The notes beneath the pieces are model-generated. The model ran no database searches and was not told the DNA's origin. It saw only the letters and a program-made list of their open reading frames with translations. From positions 1 to 60,539 of the forward strand of contig DOAO01000008.1 of assembly GCA_003504275.1 (NCBI GenBank): a stretch of DNA of 60,539 bases, read 5' to 3'. A program made the translations under genes and the position numbers. Below are positions 28,385-37,671 of this stretch, one piece after another (position 1 is the stretch's first letter; each line of letters begins with the position of its first letter). This DNA comes from Patescibacteria group bacterium (GTDB lineage: Bacteria; Patescibacteriota; Minisyncoccia; Phycocordibacterales; UBA12445).

Positions 28385-29806
28385 ATGAATAGAAAAACAT
28401 ACATCACCACCACTCTTCCATATGTTAACGCGGAGCCTCATATCGGATTTGCGTTAGAAATTATTCAGGCGGATATTTATGCGCGTTTTTTGCGTAGTAG
28501 GGGAGATGAAGTATTTTTTAACTTTGGTACAGATGAGCATGGCCAGAAGATATATGAGAAGGCAAAGGAAAATAATGAAGATACTCAGGCTTATGTAGAT
28601 AGATACGCTGCAAAATTCGATGCACTCAAAAAAGCTCTCAATTTAACTTACAATAATTTTATCCGAACGACAGACCCACATCATATAATGGCTGCTCAGG
28701 AATTTTGGAAAAAATGTGAGACCACTGGAGATATTTATAAAAAGAATTATAAAGTTAAATATTGTATTGGTTGTGAATTGGAAAAGACAGATTCTGAGCT
28801 AGTAGATGGTCGCTGTCCGATACATCCAAATAAGGAGTTGGAGCTTCGTGAAGAGGAAAATTACTTCTTTAAATTCTCTAAATATCAGAATGACCTTTTG
28901 GAGCTATATAGAAATGTTCCTGATTTTGTTTTACCGGAATCAAGGTCTCACGAGATAAAAAAATTCGTTGAAGGTGGACTAGAAGATTTCAGTATTTCAA
29001 GATTAAAGACAAAGATGCCTTGGGGAATAGAGGTACCAGGTGATCCTGATCAGGTAATGTACGTCTGGTTTGATGCGCTAATAAATTATATTTCTGCTAT
29101 TGGTTGGCCGGATAGAGTAGAGGAGTTTAATAGCTGGTGGCCGGTAATTCAGTTTGCTGGTAAAGATAACCTGAGACAGCAGTCTGCTATGTGGCAGACA
29201 ATGCTTAAGTCTGCTGGTCTTCCTTATTCAAAACAGATAATAATACACGGATTTATAACAAGCGGAGGACAGAAGATGAGCAAGAGTCTTGGTAATGTTA
29301 TTAACCCATTTGAAATGGTTGAAAAATACAGTACTGATGCACTTAGATATTTCCTCTCAAGAGAAATGACACCATTTGAGGATGGAGATTTTACAGAAGC
29401 TAGGTTTAAGGAGGCTTACAACGCTGGTCTTGCAAATGGACTCGGTAATACTTCGAGCAGAATTCTTAAAATGGCGGAATCGTATCTCCAGGTGCCTGTT
29501 GATGTCGGTGAAGCAACAATACCCGAAGAATATTCTAAATTTGTTGAAGGGTTAGATTTGAATAAGGCGATGGATCTTATTTGGAGTAAACTTACAGAGA
29601 TGGATCAGATAATACAGGAAACTCAGCCGTTTAAGCTAATAAAGATCAACAAAGAATCCGCTATCGCTATTGTTACCGACCTTGTTAAGAAACTTTTTGT
29701 CATTTCAAAAATGCTTGAGCCTTTTATGCCGGAAACTGCAGTAAAAATCCAAGAAGCCATAAAGGCAAATAAACTCACAACCCCACTTTTCATGAGAAAA
29801 GAATAA
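28385..29806 (+). CDS. metG: methionyl-tRNA synthetase (short form)
   Basis: YVNAEPHIGF, GTDEHGQK, YVWFDAL, KMSKSLGN. Confidence 0.97.
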   Translation: MNRKTYITTTLPYVNAEPHIGFALEIIQADIYARFLRSRGDEVFFNFGTDEHGQKIYEKAKENNEDTQAYVDRYAAKFDALKKALNLTYNNFIRTTDPHHIMAAQEFWKKCETTGDIYKKNYKVKYCIGCELEKTDSELVDGRCPIHPNKELELREEENYFFKFSKYQNDLLELYRNVPDFVLPESRSHEIKKFVEGGLEDFSISRLKTKMPWGIEVPGDPDQVMYVWFDALINYISAIGWPDRVEEFNSWWPVIQFAGKDNLRQQSAMWQTMLKSAGLPYSKQIIIHGFITSGGQKMSKSLGNVINPFEMVEKYSTDALRYFLSREMTPFEDGDFTEARFKEAYNAGLANGLGNTSSRILKMAESYLQVPVDVGEATIPEEYSKFVEGLDLNKAMDLIWSKLTEMDQIIQETQPFKLIKINKESAIAIVTDLVKKLFVISKMLEPFMPETAVKIQEAIKANKLTTPLFMRKE

Positions 29807-29911
29807 GCTAAGTAAAAATTACTAAAATAAAATTAATTTCACAAAGTTACTCTTTTGTGCTAGTCTAATTTTGAAAAGTTCTTTAAGTTTGGGAAAGGAG
29901 GTTGAATTTTA

Positions 29912-30181
29912 ATGGCTCGAAATATTTCAAGAGAAGAGCTTATCAAGCGAGCAAAGGAGAACCTTTGTTTGATAGAGAAAAGGCTAGACGAATTAGACTT
30001 TCTTATTAGAGAATTAGACAACGTGATCTCGTGCAAGATAAGGTCTAGTCACGAGTATTCGGATCCTGAGATTAATACCTTTAGAGATTCAAGAGACATG
30101 CTTTTTCGAAAGAAAAAACTTCTTTTAAGAAAAAAGGAAAACACTGAAATTTTTATTAAGAAACAGGAAGAATTACCCTAA
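29912..30181 (+). CDS. small coiled-coil hypothetical protein
   Basis: TTCACA-17-TAGTCT promoter, TTTGAAAA, AAGGAGGT RBS, terminator at about 30187-30215. Confidence 0.7.
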   Translation: MARNISREELIKRAKENLCLIEKRLDELDFLIRELDNVISCKIRSSHEYSDPEINTFRDSRDMLFRKKKLLLRKKENTEIFIKKQEELP

Positions 30182-30292
30182 ACCCAAAAACCGAGTATTT
30201 ACACTCGGTTTTTTTATTATTTCCAAATATTTTTGTTGACTATTTTATAAATATGGTTTATTATCTTACCGAAATAGTAACTTGAAAAACTC

Positions 30293-30389
30293 GCTCATCA
30301 AAATTTTTGAATGCATTTTATATTATTGATAAATTTGTATTTAAACACAGTTGTGATTGCGATTAATTTGGTAAAAAATTTAGGAGGGT
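30293..30389 (+). mobile_element. MITE-like element, family E (degenerate left end)
   Basis: GCTCATCAAAATTTTT ... AAAAAATTTAGGAGGGT. Confidence 0.55.
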
Positions 30390-30402
30390 AAAGGAGGGAA
30401 AT

Positions 30403-30579
30403 ATGGAAAAAGTAAGGATTTTCTATGATAACCCGGGTGTTTTGGAAGAAACTGTAAATAAGTGGCTTAAGGAAAAGGGCGATAAAATTGAAATTACAAG
30501 GATTAGTCAAAGCCAAAGTCAAAATAGCGTTAATCCACCGATGCTTATCGTCACAATTTTTTATAAGGATAGAAAGTAA
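30403..30579 (+). CDS. 58-aa protein, Cse60-like pattern (not in ORF track)
   Basis: MEKVRIFYDNPGVLEETVNKWLKEKGDKIEITRISQSQSQNSVNPPMLIVTIFYKDRK with AAGGAGGG RBS. Confidence 0.75.
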   Translation: MEKVRIFYDNPGVLEETVNKWLKEKGDKIEITRISQSQSQNSVNPPMLIVTIFYKDRK

Positions 30580-30599
30580 CGGTTAAAGGAGGGATTTGC

Positions 30600-30797
30600 A
30601 TGAAGAAAAAGAAGAAATGGTTTCTCATAAATATATTTAGAGGAGAAGAGCATGAGTGCTGTGGCGTTGTAAATTTTGCCAATAGACACGGTCTGAAGCC
30701 TGGCGAGATATTTGTTTTGACTGAGGGGATAGTCGGTCCTGGTTATAACAAGCATATGACCGTGATGTATTTTTCCGAAAAGCCTTATGTTTGCTAG
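30600..30797 (+). CDS. 65-aa hypothetical protein
   Basis: AAGGAGGG RBS; terminator AGCCACC..GGTGGCTTTTT follows. Confidence 0.7.
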   Translation: MKKKKKWFLINIFRGEEHECCGVVNFANRHGLKPGEIFVLTEGIVGPGYNKHMTVMYFSEKPYVC

Positions 30798-30891
30798 GTT
30801 GCAATGATTTTATTGAAGAGACAGCCACCCCATAAAGGTGGCTTTTTATTTTGTCTTGATTCTTACTTCTTTATTCTTTATTCTTATATAA

Positions 30892-31737
30892 ATGACACCA
30901 GAATATTTTGATATACACGCGCATACTCATTTCCCGGCTTTTAAGGAAGATCGGGATGAAGTTATTAAAAGAGCCTTAGATAATAACACCTGGCTCATTA
31001 ATATCGGCACACAGAAAGAAACTTCTAAAGAGGCAGTGGTTTTGGCACATAAATATCCCAAAGGAGTTTATGCTTCTATTGGTCTTCATCCTATACATAC
31101 AGAAAAATGTCACGATGATGATATGGAATCTGAGATAGATGTCTGCGAAACTGAATTTGATTATGATTTTTATAAAAAGTTAGCACAGGATGATAAGGTT
31201 GTTGCAATAGGGGAATGTGGGTTGGATTTTTTTCATTTGGAAGAAAACACTAAGGCTAAACAGATAGAAATATTTAAGAAACACATAGAACTATCAATCG
31301 AAGTGAATAAGCCACTCATGCTCCATGTTCGAGATGCTTATCAAGAGGTTTTGGATATTTTAAAAGAATATAAAAAGGTCAATAAGGATAATTTAAGAGG
31401 TAACGTTCATTTCTTTGCCGGGAATATTGAAGTCGCCAAAGAGTTTTTGGCACTTGGATTTTCGCTCTCTTTTACTGGCGTTGTTACGTACCCAAAGAGT
31501 AAAAAAATAGGAATGGCCGATTATGAAGAAATAATAAAAATAACACCAATAGATAGATTAATGTCTGAAACAGACGCGCCATACGTCGCCCCAGCCCCTT
31601 ATAGAGGCAAAAGAAACGAACCATTGTATGTAAAAGAGGTGGTAGCTAAAATAGCTGAAATTAAGGGGATAACAGTGGAGGAAGTGTCCAAACAGCTTGT
31701 TGATAATGCCATAAAAACATTTAACATAAAGGATTAA
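30892..31737 (+). CDS. tatD: TatD family nuclease
   Basis: DIHAH, GLHP, VAIGECGLD, LHVRDA, ETDAPY. Confidence 0.95.
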   Translation: MTPEYFDIHAHTHFPAFKEDRDEVIKRALDNNTWLINIGTQKETSKEAVVLAHKYPKGVYASIGLHPIHTEKCHDDDMESEIDVCETEFDYDFYKKLAQDDKVVAIGECGLDFFHLEENTKAKQIEIFKKHIELSIEVNKPLMLHVRDAYQEVLDILKEYKKVNKDNLRGNVHFFAGNIEVAKEFLALGFSLSFTGVVTYPKSKKIGMADYEEIIKITPIDRLMSETDAPYVAPAPYRGKRNEPLYVKEVVAKIAEIKGITVEEVSKQLVDNAIKTFNIKD

Positions 31738-31748
31738 GTGGTATTTGT

Positions 31749-31927
31749 CCCAGTAGGAAAGTCCGAACAGCTAGTCGGGTATTTTAAAAACTTTATTTCT
31801 CGGAATCCGGTCGACGGAATTGTCGTCGACAGCTGATGAGGATTAACATCGGCACCTGCCTACCGAACAGGCAGACTTGTAGACAGGTCTGCCAAATATA
31901 GGCAGACACCTGTAGACGGCCTACGGG
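31749..31927 (-). mobile_element. family D element (reverse orientation) carrying nested family B and C inserts
   Basis: CCCAGTAGGAAAGTCCGAA..TTTCTCGGAATCCG[GGTCGACGG..CCTGTAGACGG]CCTACGGG. Confidence 0.65.
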
Positions 31928-32120
31928 ACTGCGCACCATTTTTTACAGAAAAAATGGTGCTTGACTATCGGGTCTGACTATGAGATATTTTACTTATCTT
32001 CACTTATTATATTTTGCAATTAGTTAGCGGGAGGCCCTATGGGGCAAGAAGCAAAGGACATTGTAGAAGAAGTAGTCGAGCTAGTAAGAGAAGGAGTTAG
32101 TAGTTAAAGTTGTTTTTCAA

Positions 32121-32312
32121 ATGAAAGGAACAATCAAGCTTTTGAAGAACGGATTTGGTTTCATCGGTATCGAAGGAGCTAAGGACGTTTTCTTCCACGC
32201 TAAGGATTTGAATGGCGTTGCCTTCGATTCTCTTAGAGTAGGACAGGAGGTTACTTTTGAAATGGGTGAGAGCCCAAAGGGCCCTAAGGCCGAGATGGTA
32301 ACACTCGCTTAA
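32121..32312 (+). CDS. cold-shock protein
   Basis: GFGFI (RNP1), DVFFH (RNP2), KGPKA. Confidence 0.95.
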   Translation: MKGTIKLLKNGFGFIGIEGAKDVFFHAKDLNGVAFDSLRVGQEVTFEMGESPKGPKAEMVTLA

Positions 32313-32402
32313 TCTAAAAATAAAAATGCCCCCAATTTGGGGGTATTTTTTATATTTGTAGTAAAAATCCCACCCCTATATAGGGTGGGATTGGCTTATT
32401 TT

Positions 32403-33218
32403 TTACTTTTCTGTTTCCTGCTTAATAATAGCCTTTATTATCTCGGAGAAAACAATACTCTCCGGATTTTGAAGCCTGTTTATTTCAGGATCATTGATCC
32501 TTTCGAGTATGTTGCCCCTTGGGAAGTCTTTGCGATAGGTGACAATTTTCCCTTCAACGACAACATCAAACTCGATAATGCTCCATTTTTCCCAAGAACC
32601 TCTCGCACGAATATAAGTATTGGTTTTGGGCTTTTTGAACATATCTAAATCTCCGAACAAAAGGTCATATTCCTTTTTTTCTTTATCTATTTTTCTAACG
32701 TAATAGACAATGAAATAAGGTTCTTTGGAGGTTGGAATTTTCAGTAACATCCATGGTTTTTTGCTGTCCATAATAGGTTTTATTATTATGTCCAGAATAT
32801 CTTCTTTTATGGTTTTGATTTGCCATATAATTTTATCGAAAGCCTGGCTAGTGACAGTAGCTAATGCACTATGACTTTCCGCCACTTTCGCAATTTGCGT
32901 AATTAGACTTGTAGCTAATGTCTTAATACTCTCGCCAAGCATTACCTTCAGTTCTGCGTACAATTTAACCATCATTAAGGTTTTAAAGGACAGTGCGGTG
33001 TAGTCGTCGGATAATCTTGAAACCTCTTCTCTTAACGTGGCGCAATCTGCAGACAACTTTGAAAAATTTTTCTTTAATTCTTCATTGGAAGATTGCGTTA
33101 GATGGATACTTAGACATTCCTTTATGTTTTTTAACTCATATGCTAGGGCCACCACACAAAATGTTAGATAACAAGACAAAAGAACTAAAAAGATAATAGT
33201 CGCTGTTTTAAGGTTCAT
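32403..33218 (-). CDS. membrane-anchored coiled-coil hypothetical protein
   Basis: N-terminal TM, heptad region, AGGAGG RBS with TTTGAAAAAACAATA upstream. Confidence 0.7.
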   Translation of the reverse strand: MNLKTATIIFLVLLSCYLTFCVVALAYELKNIKECLSIHLTQSSNEELKKNFSKLSADCATLREEVSRLSDDYTALSFKTLMMVKLYAELKVMLGESIKTLATSLITQIAKVAESHSALATVTSQAFDKIIWQIKTIKEDILDIIIKPIMDSKKPWMLLKIPTSKEPYFIVYYVRKIDKEKKEYDLLFGDLDMFKKPKTNTYIRARGSWEKWSIIEFDVVVEGKIVTYRKDFPRGNILERINDPEINRLQNPESIVFSEIIKAIIKQETEK

Positions 33219-33402
33219 TTTTACTCCTCCTTTTTATTGTTTTTTCAAATTTCAAAACTGAATGTATCCTACTCTTTATATTTTACTACGTAAAGTATAG
33301 TCCGTTTTTTGCCCTTGCCTTGTCTTATTTTATCTGATAATATGACCCCGATGGTGTTTTATACGAAGTATCTAAAAAGTTAGTAGTTAAATAAACAGAA
33401 GA

Positions 33403-33852
33403 ATGGATAACAGCGATAAAAATGTATATGAATTAGGGTATCTTTTGATCCCTATTATAGCTCCAGAGAAGCTTGTTGAGGAGGTTAATGAAATAAGAAA
33501 TGTCATAGAATCAAGTGGCGGTCTTGTTTTATTTGAAGAAGGAGCCAAAAGTAGAAAATTGGCATATGAAATGTCTGTTGATACCACTGGTGGAAAAAGG
33601 TCAAAATATGATGATGCGTACTTTGGTTGGATGAAATTTAGCCTTTCTTCAGATTCTGTTTCAAAAATGGAGGCAGAATTAAAAAAGAATCCTTCTGTAA
33701 TTAGATACTTGGTAATAAATCTTACAAAAGAAGGAATTCCTTCTAGTGGTGCAGAAATAAAGAAGCCTATAGGAGGAAAGAGGCCAAAGAAAACAGTTTC
33801 TGACAAAGAATTAGATAAGGAGATCGATAATCTTCTTGATAAAACAGCATAA
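33403..33852 (+). CDS. rpsF: 30S ribosomal protein bS6
   Basis: YELGYL, RKLAYEM, VIRYLVI; rpsF-ssb-rpsR order. Confidence 0.92.
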   Translation: MDNSDKNVYELGYLLIPIIAPEKLVEEVNEIRNVIESSGGLVLFEEGAKSRKLAYEMSVDTTGGKRSKYDDAYFGWMKFSLSSDSVSKMEAELKKNPSVIRYLVINLTKEGIPSSGAEIKKPIGGKRPKKTVSDKELDKEIDNLLDKTA

Positions 33853-33868
33853 TTTATTTTAACCAAAC

Positions 33869-34318
33869 ATGTATCTAAACAAAGCTATTATAATTGGCAA
33901 CATGACGAAAGATCCTGAAATGAGAGCACTTCCATCAGGACAGAAAGTTACTTCTTTTAGTGTTGCAACAAATAGGGTTTGGAAGGACAAAGATGGAAAA
34001 AAGCAGGAGGGAACAGAATTTCACAATATCTCGGTATTTGGAAAACAGGCTGAGACTTGTGCTCAATATTTAAAAAAGGGTCAGGCTGTCTTGGTTGAGG
34101 GCAGAATTCAAACAAGAAGTTGGGATGCTACTGACGGTACAAAAAAATACAGAACAGAGATAATCGCAGAGAAGGTTCAATTTGGTCCAAAGGCTGGTGG
34201 TGCCACAGGAGGAAATGTATATCCTTCTAAAAATAGTGTACCAGCGGAATCGGGAGCAGGGAGTCAGCAGATAGACTATCCGGAGGAAGAAATAAATCCG
34301 GACGATATACCATTTTAA
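33869..34318 (+). CDS. ssb: single-stranded DNA-binding protein
   Basis: LNKAIIIGN..DPE, VEGRIQTRSW, DDIPF tail. Confidence 0.98.
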   Translation: MYLNKAIIIGNMTKDPEMRALPSGQKVTSFSVATNRVWKDKDGKKQEGTEFHNISVFGKQAETCAQYLKKGQAVLVEGRIQTRSWDATDGTKKYRTEIIAEKVQFGPKAGGATGGNVYPSKNSVPAESGAGSQQIDYPEEEINPDDIPF

Positions 34319-34328
34319 TTAAAAAAAA

Positions 34329-34529
34329 ATGAAACAGTGTCATTTTTGTGTTAATAACGTAAAGTCGATAGATTATAAAGATACAGAAGCTCTTGCTAGG
34401 TTTTTGAGCCCACATTCTTCTATCTTAAGATCTTGGAGAACAAGTACTTGCTCTAGACACCAAAGAAAGACGGCTACTGCGATAAAGAGAGCTAGATTCT
34501 TAGGACTTCTTCCTTACGTTTCTAGATAA
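34329..34529 (+). CDS. rpsR: 30S ribosomal protein bS18 (Zn-binding form)
   Basis: CHFC, IDYKD, CSRHQR, AIKRARFLGLLPY. Confidence 0.97.
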   Translation: MKQCHFCVNNVKSIDYKDTEALARFLSPHSSILRSWRTSTCSRHQRKTATAIKRARFLGLLPYVSR

Positions 34530-34538
34530 TAAAAAATA

Positions 34539-34580
34539 GCAAATTTAAAACCTCCCCGAACGGGGAGGTTTTAAATTTGC
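34539..34580. terminator. bidirectional terminator
   Basis: 20-bp perfect stem GCAAATTTAAAACCTCCCCG-AA-CGGGGAGGTTTTAAATTTGC. Confidence 0.85.
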
Positions 34581-34628
34581 GTCTGGACTTTTAACTTTAT
34601 AACTTTCGACTTTTAACTAGTGATAGCG

Positions 34629-35192
34629 TTAGCTAACTCGTTCTACATATTCTCCAGTATCCGTGTTTATTCTTAGTATATCTCCCTCGTTTATGAAAAG
34701 GGGAACATTTATAACCGCCCCTGTTTCTAGCGTGGCTTGTTTCATTCCACCCTTTGCGCTGTCGCCCTTAACTCCGGGAGCCGATTCCTTTACTTTCAGC
34801 TCAACTTTAATAGGTAGCTTTACTCCGATTATTTTCTCGTCATAAATCTTTGTTTCTATTTCGGAGTTTGGTTTTATGAATTTAGCACTGTCTCCAAGTA
34901 AACTTTCAGGTAAAGTAAATCTCTTTGATGGATCTTTTGTGTCGCAGAACCAAAATTCCCCCTTATTTGCATATAGGAATTTTACAGTTTTGGAGTCTAT
35001 TTCTGCTTCCTCCACTTTGTCGTTTGAGTGGAAAGAGTGTTCAACAATCCTTCCGTTTAAAAGACTCTTTAGCTTCGTTGCATTAACCGGTTTTCTTTGT
35101 TGTTTTCTAAAAACATGGGAGTCCAATACTTCATATGGCTCATTCTCAAAAATGATGAACTTTCTTAATGTTATCTCGTTATATTCTAACAT
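34629..35192 (-). CDS. efp: elongation factor P
   Basis: PGVKGDSA, KQATLETGA..VPLFINEGD..INTDTGEYVER. Start at MLEYNE. Confidence 0.95.
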   Translation of the reverse strand: MLEYNEITLRKFIIFENEPYEVLDSHVFRKQQRKPVNATKLKSLLNGRIVEHSFHSNDKVEEAEIDSKTVKFLYANKGEFWFCDTKDPSKRFTLPESLLGDSAKFIKPNSEIETKIYDEKIIGVKLPIKVELKVKESAPGVKGDSAKGGMKQATLETGAVINVPLFINEGDILRINTDTGEYVERVS

Positions 35193-35237
35193 TTGATCTG
35201 TTTCTACTTTTATTAATAATGCCTTTTTCTTAGCCTG

Positions 35238-35351
35238 CCCCGTAGGAGGTTGAGCTTTCAAGGCTATACTATCACAAAGAAAAGCCGAAGGCGAGTTCCG
35301 AGCAAGAAGGGTTAAGTAGAGAAATGGTACAAACGAACCTTCCTACTGGGG
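35238..35351 (+). mobile_element. MITE-like element, family D
   Basis: CCCCGTAGGAG ... GGCGAGTTCCGAG ... CGAACCTTCCTACTGGGG. Confidence 0.65.
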
Positions 35352-35446
35352 TTGACAGGTTTGTTTATTATGATTACTTTATTGTAATTAGGACACTTTT
35401 TGATGTCCATATTTGTTACAATAGGAGTAGGTAAGAATAAAATATA

Positions 35447-36031
35447 ATGCTACTTTCAGACGAGGATATAATCACTAATTACAAAGAACATAAAGACGAG
35501 GAGGTTCTGGCTATTTCTGTTGCCAATCCTAATGTTTTTGGTGTTTTGATAGAAAGATACGAAGAAGCTTTTTTAAGAAAGGCCAGAAGTATTATTGGAC
35601 ACACAGATGATGTAAACGACATTGTTCAGGAGACTTTTACAAAAATATACTTGAACGCTGACAAGTTTAGACCAATGCCGGGCGCCTCTTTTAAATCTTG
35701 GGCATACAGAATTCTTTTGAATGTTACCTTCACTTGGTATGGGAAGTTAAAGAAGGGTAGAGAGGCAGTAATGAGATTAGACCCGGAACTAGATGAAGTA
35801 ATACCGGATAAGAAGGCGAGTAGCGAATTTGAAAGAGAGACAACGAAAGATTATGTCATATCTGTACTCGTGAGGATGCCCGACTCATTTGCAAAGGTAC
35901 TACGATCATATTTTATTGAAGGTAAATCACACAAGGAGATTGCCAAAGAAGAGAGGGTTTCGGTGGAAGCTATAAAAACAAGAATGTGTAGGGCAAAGAA
36001 GGAGTTTAAGAAAATAGAGTGCAATATTTAA
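35447..36031 (+). CDS. ECF-type sigma-70 factor
   Basis: DIVQETF, FKSWAYRI (region 2); SHKEIA..VEAIKTRMCRAK (region 4). Confidence 0.92.
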   Translation: MLLSDEDIITNYKEHKDEEVLAISVANPNVFGVLIERYEEAFLRKARSIIGHTDDVNDIVQETFTKIYLNADKFRPMPGASFKSWAYRILLNVTFTWYGKLKKGREAVMRLDPELDEVIPDKKASSEFERETTKDYVISVLVRMPDSFAKVLRSYFIEGKSHKEIAKEERVSVEAIKTRMCRAKKEFKKIECNI

Positions 36032-36032
36032 T

Positions 36033-36374
36033 ATGACAAAACTAGAAATAAAACTTAAAAACAAAATAATGAGGCGAGTCTATGCCGTTTGGTTTTTGAA
36101 AAAGATTTTTAGTCTCGCCCTTTTAAGAGCGTTGATCACTTTGGTATTGTTTATGGAGTTTGCAAGAGAAGTTTCGATATCAAGTGTTATTAATAATTTA
36201 CCAAAGGCGACTGATTTTTCCGCAAATTATCATTATATTTCTTTTGCTTTTACACACACGGAAGCTTCGGTCCAAATATATCTATTAGGCATAATGGCGA
36301 TGGTTTCTTGGATAGTTTTACAAAAGTTAGTCAAATTAGTACCAAATATTGGTATAAGAGGGTCGACATTATAA
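36033..36374 (+). CDS. small membrane protein, candidate anti-sigma
   Basis: Starts 1 nt after the sigma stop; hydrophobic segments. Confidence 0.6.
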   Translation: MTKLEIKLKNKIMRRVYAVWFLKKIFSLALLRALITLVLFMEFAREVSISSVINNLPKATDFSANYHYISFAFTHTEASVQIYLLGIMAMVSWIVLQKLVKLVPNIGIRGSTL

Positions 36375-36495
36375 TAAACATAAATTAAACCCCTGCGAAA
36401 TCAACTAAACAGGGGTTTTCGATGATTTTGGTGGAATTTATGTTTAATATAAACAAACGGTCGCCTTATGGGCGACCGTTTGTTTCTCTTGTTAT

Positions 36496-37563
36496 TTATT
36501 CCGCAGTCAATAATTTTTCTTTAATTTTTTCGAGAATCTCAACCCTTAAATCAGGATTCTCCTTAAGGAATGTTCTTGTCGCATCGTACCCTCTGCCTAG
36601 TTTTACATCTCCATAAATATACCCATTTCCACTTTTTCCTATAACCCCTTCTTTTTCTCCGAGGGCTATTATTTCTCCTTCAGGGGAGATACCTTCATTA
36701 TAGATAATATCGAATTCAGCTTGTTTGAATGGGGCGGCAACTTTGTTTTTTACTATTTTGGCTCTCGTTCTACTTCCGACAACCTCCTCCCCCTTTTTAA
36801 TTTGAGCAATTTTTCTAATATCAATTCTTACAGACGAGAAGAATTTCAGAGCTTTTCCTCCCGGGGTTGTTTCAGGGTTACCAAACATAACTCCAATCTG
36901 CATTCTTATCTGATTGATGAAGATAACGACTGTTTTGCTTCTGGCAACAAGCGCAGTCATTTTTCTGAGTGCTTGAGACATGAGCCTTGCCTGTTTTCCT
37001 ACGTGATGAGCACCCATATCGCCCTCAATTTCATCTTTTGGTGTAAGTGCAGCTACTGAGTCAATGACAATAACATCTATTCCGCCGGTTCTGATCAAGC
37101 TTTCAGCAATCTCTAGTGCTTGTTCACCGTTGTCTGGCTGAGAGATAAGAAGGTCTTCGATTTTTACTCCTAATTTTTTTGTGTAATCAGGATCCATGGC
37201 ATGTTCAGCGTCTATATATGCGCATACCCCGCCTTTTTTCTGTGCCTCAGCAACGACATGAAGGGCGAGTGTGGTCTTTCCGGAAGATTCTGGTCCAAAT
37301 ATCTCTATTATTCTTCCTCTTGGAAGCCCACCGACACCGAGTGCTATATCAATACCAATAGAGCCTGTTGGGATTGCGTCTACTCCAACCTTAGGTCTTT
37401 CTCCCAATTTCATAATTGAACCTTCTCCGAACTTACTTTGAATTGCCTTTATGGCATTTTCTACATTAGAGTTGGGGCTCTTTATAGCCTTTTCCGTTTT
37501 TTCTACGTTAGAGCCAAGATTCTTTACGGCTTTTTCTGTTTTCTCTACTGATTTTTTAGCCAT
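36496..37563 (-). CDS. recA: recombinase A
   Basis: [43 protein letters not shown]. Confidence 0.99.
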   Translation of the reverse strand: MAKKSVEKTEKAVKNLGSNVEKTEKAIKSPNSNVENAIKAIQSKFGEGSIMKLGERPKVGVDAIPTGSIGIDIALGVGGLPRGRIIEIFGPESSGKTTLALHVVAEAQKKGGVCAYIDAEHAMDPDYTKKLGVKIEDLLISQPDNGEQALEIAESLIRTGGIDVIVIDSVAALTPKDEIEGDMGAHHVGKQARLMSQALRKMTALVARSKTVVIFINQIRMQIGVMFGNPETTPGGKALKFFSSVRIDIRKIAQIKKGEEVVGSRTRAKIVKNKVAAPFKQAEFDIIYNEGISPEGEIIALGEKEGVIGKSGNGYIYGDVKLGRGYDATRTFLKENPDLRVEILEKIKEKLLTAE

Positions 37564-37671
37564 TTTATTCGTCTAACTTTGTTAATATTACTAATATTAT
37601 ATGCGTTAAAAAAAGCTAGGGAACTAGTTAAACTCCCTTGTGTGTGTTGAAAAAAGTAGAAGCCTTGAAAA

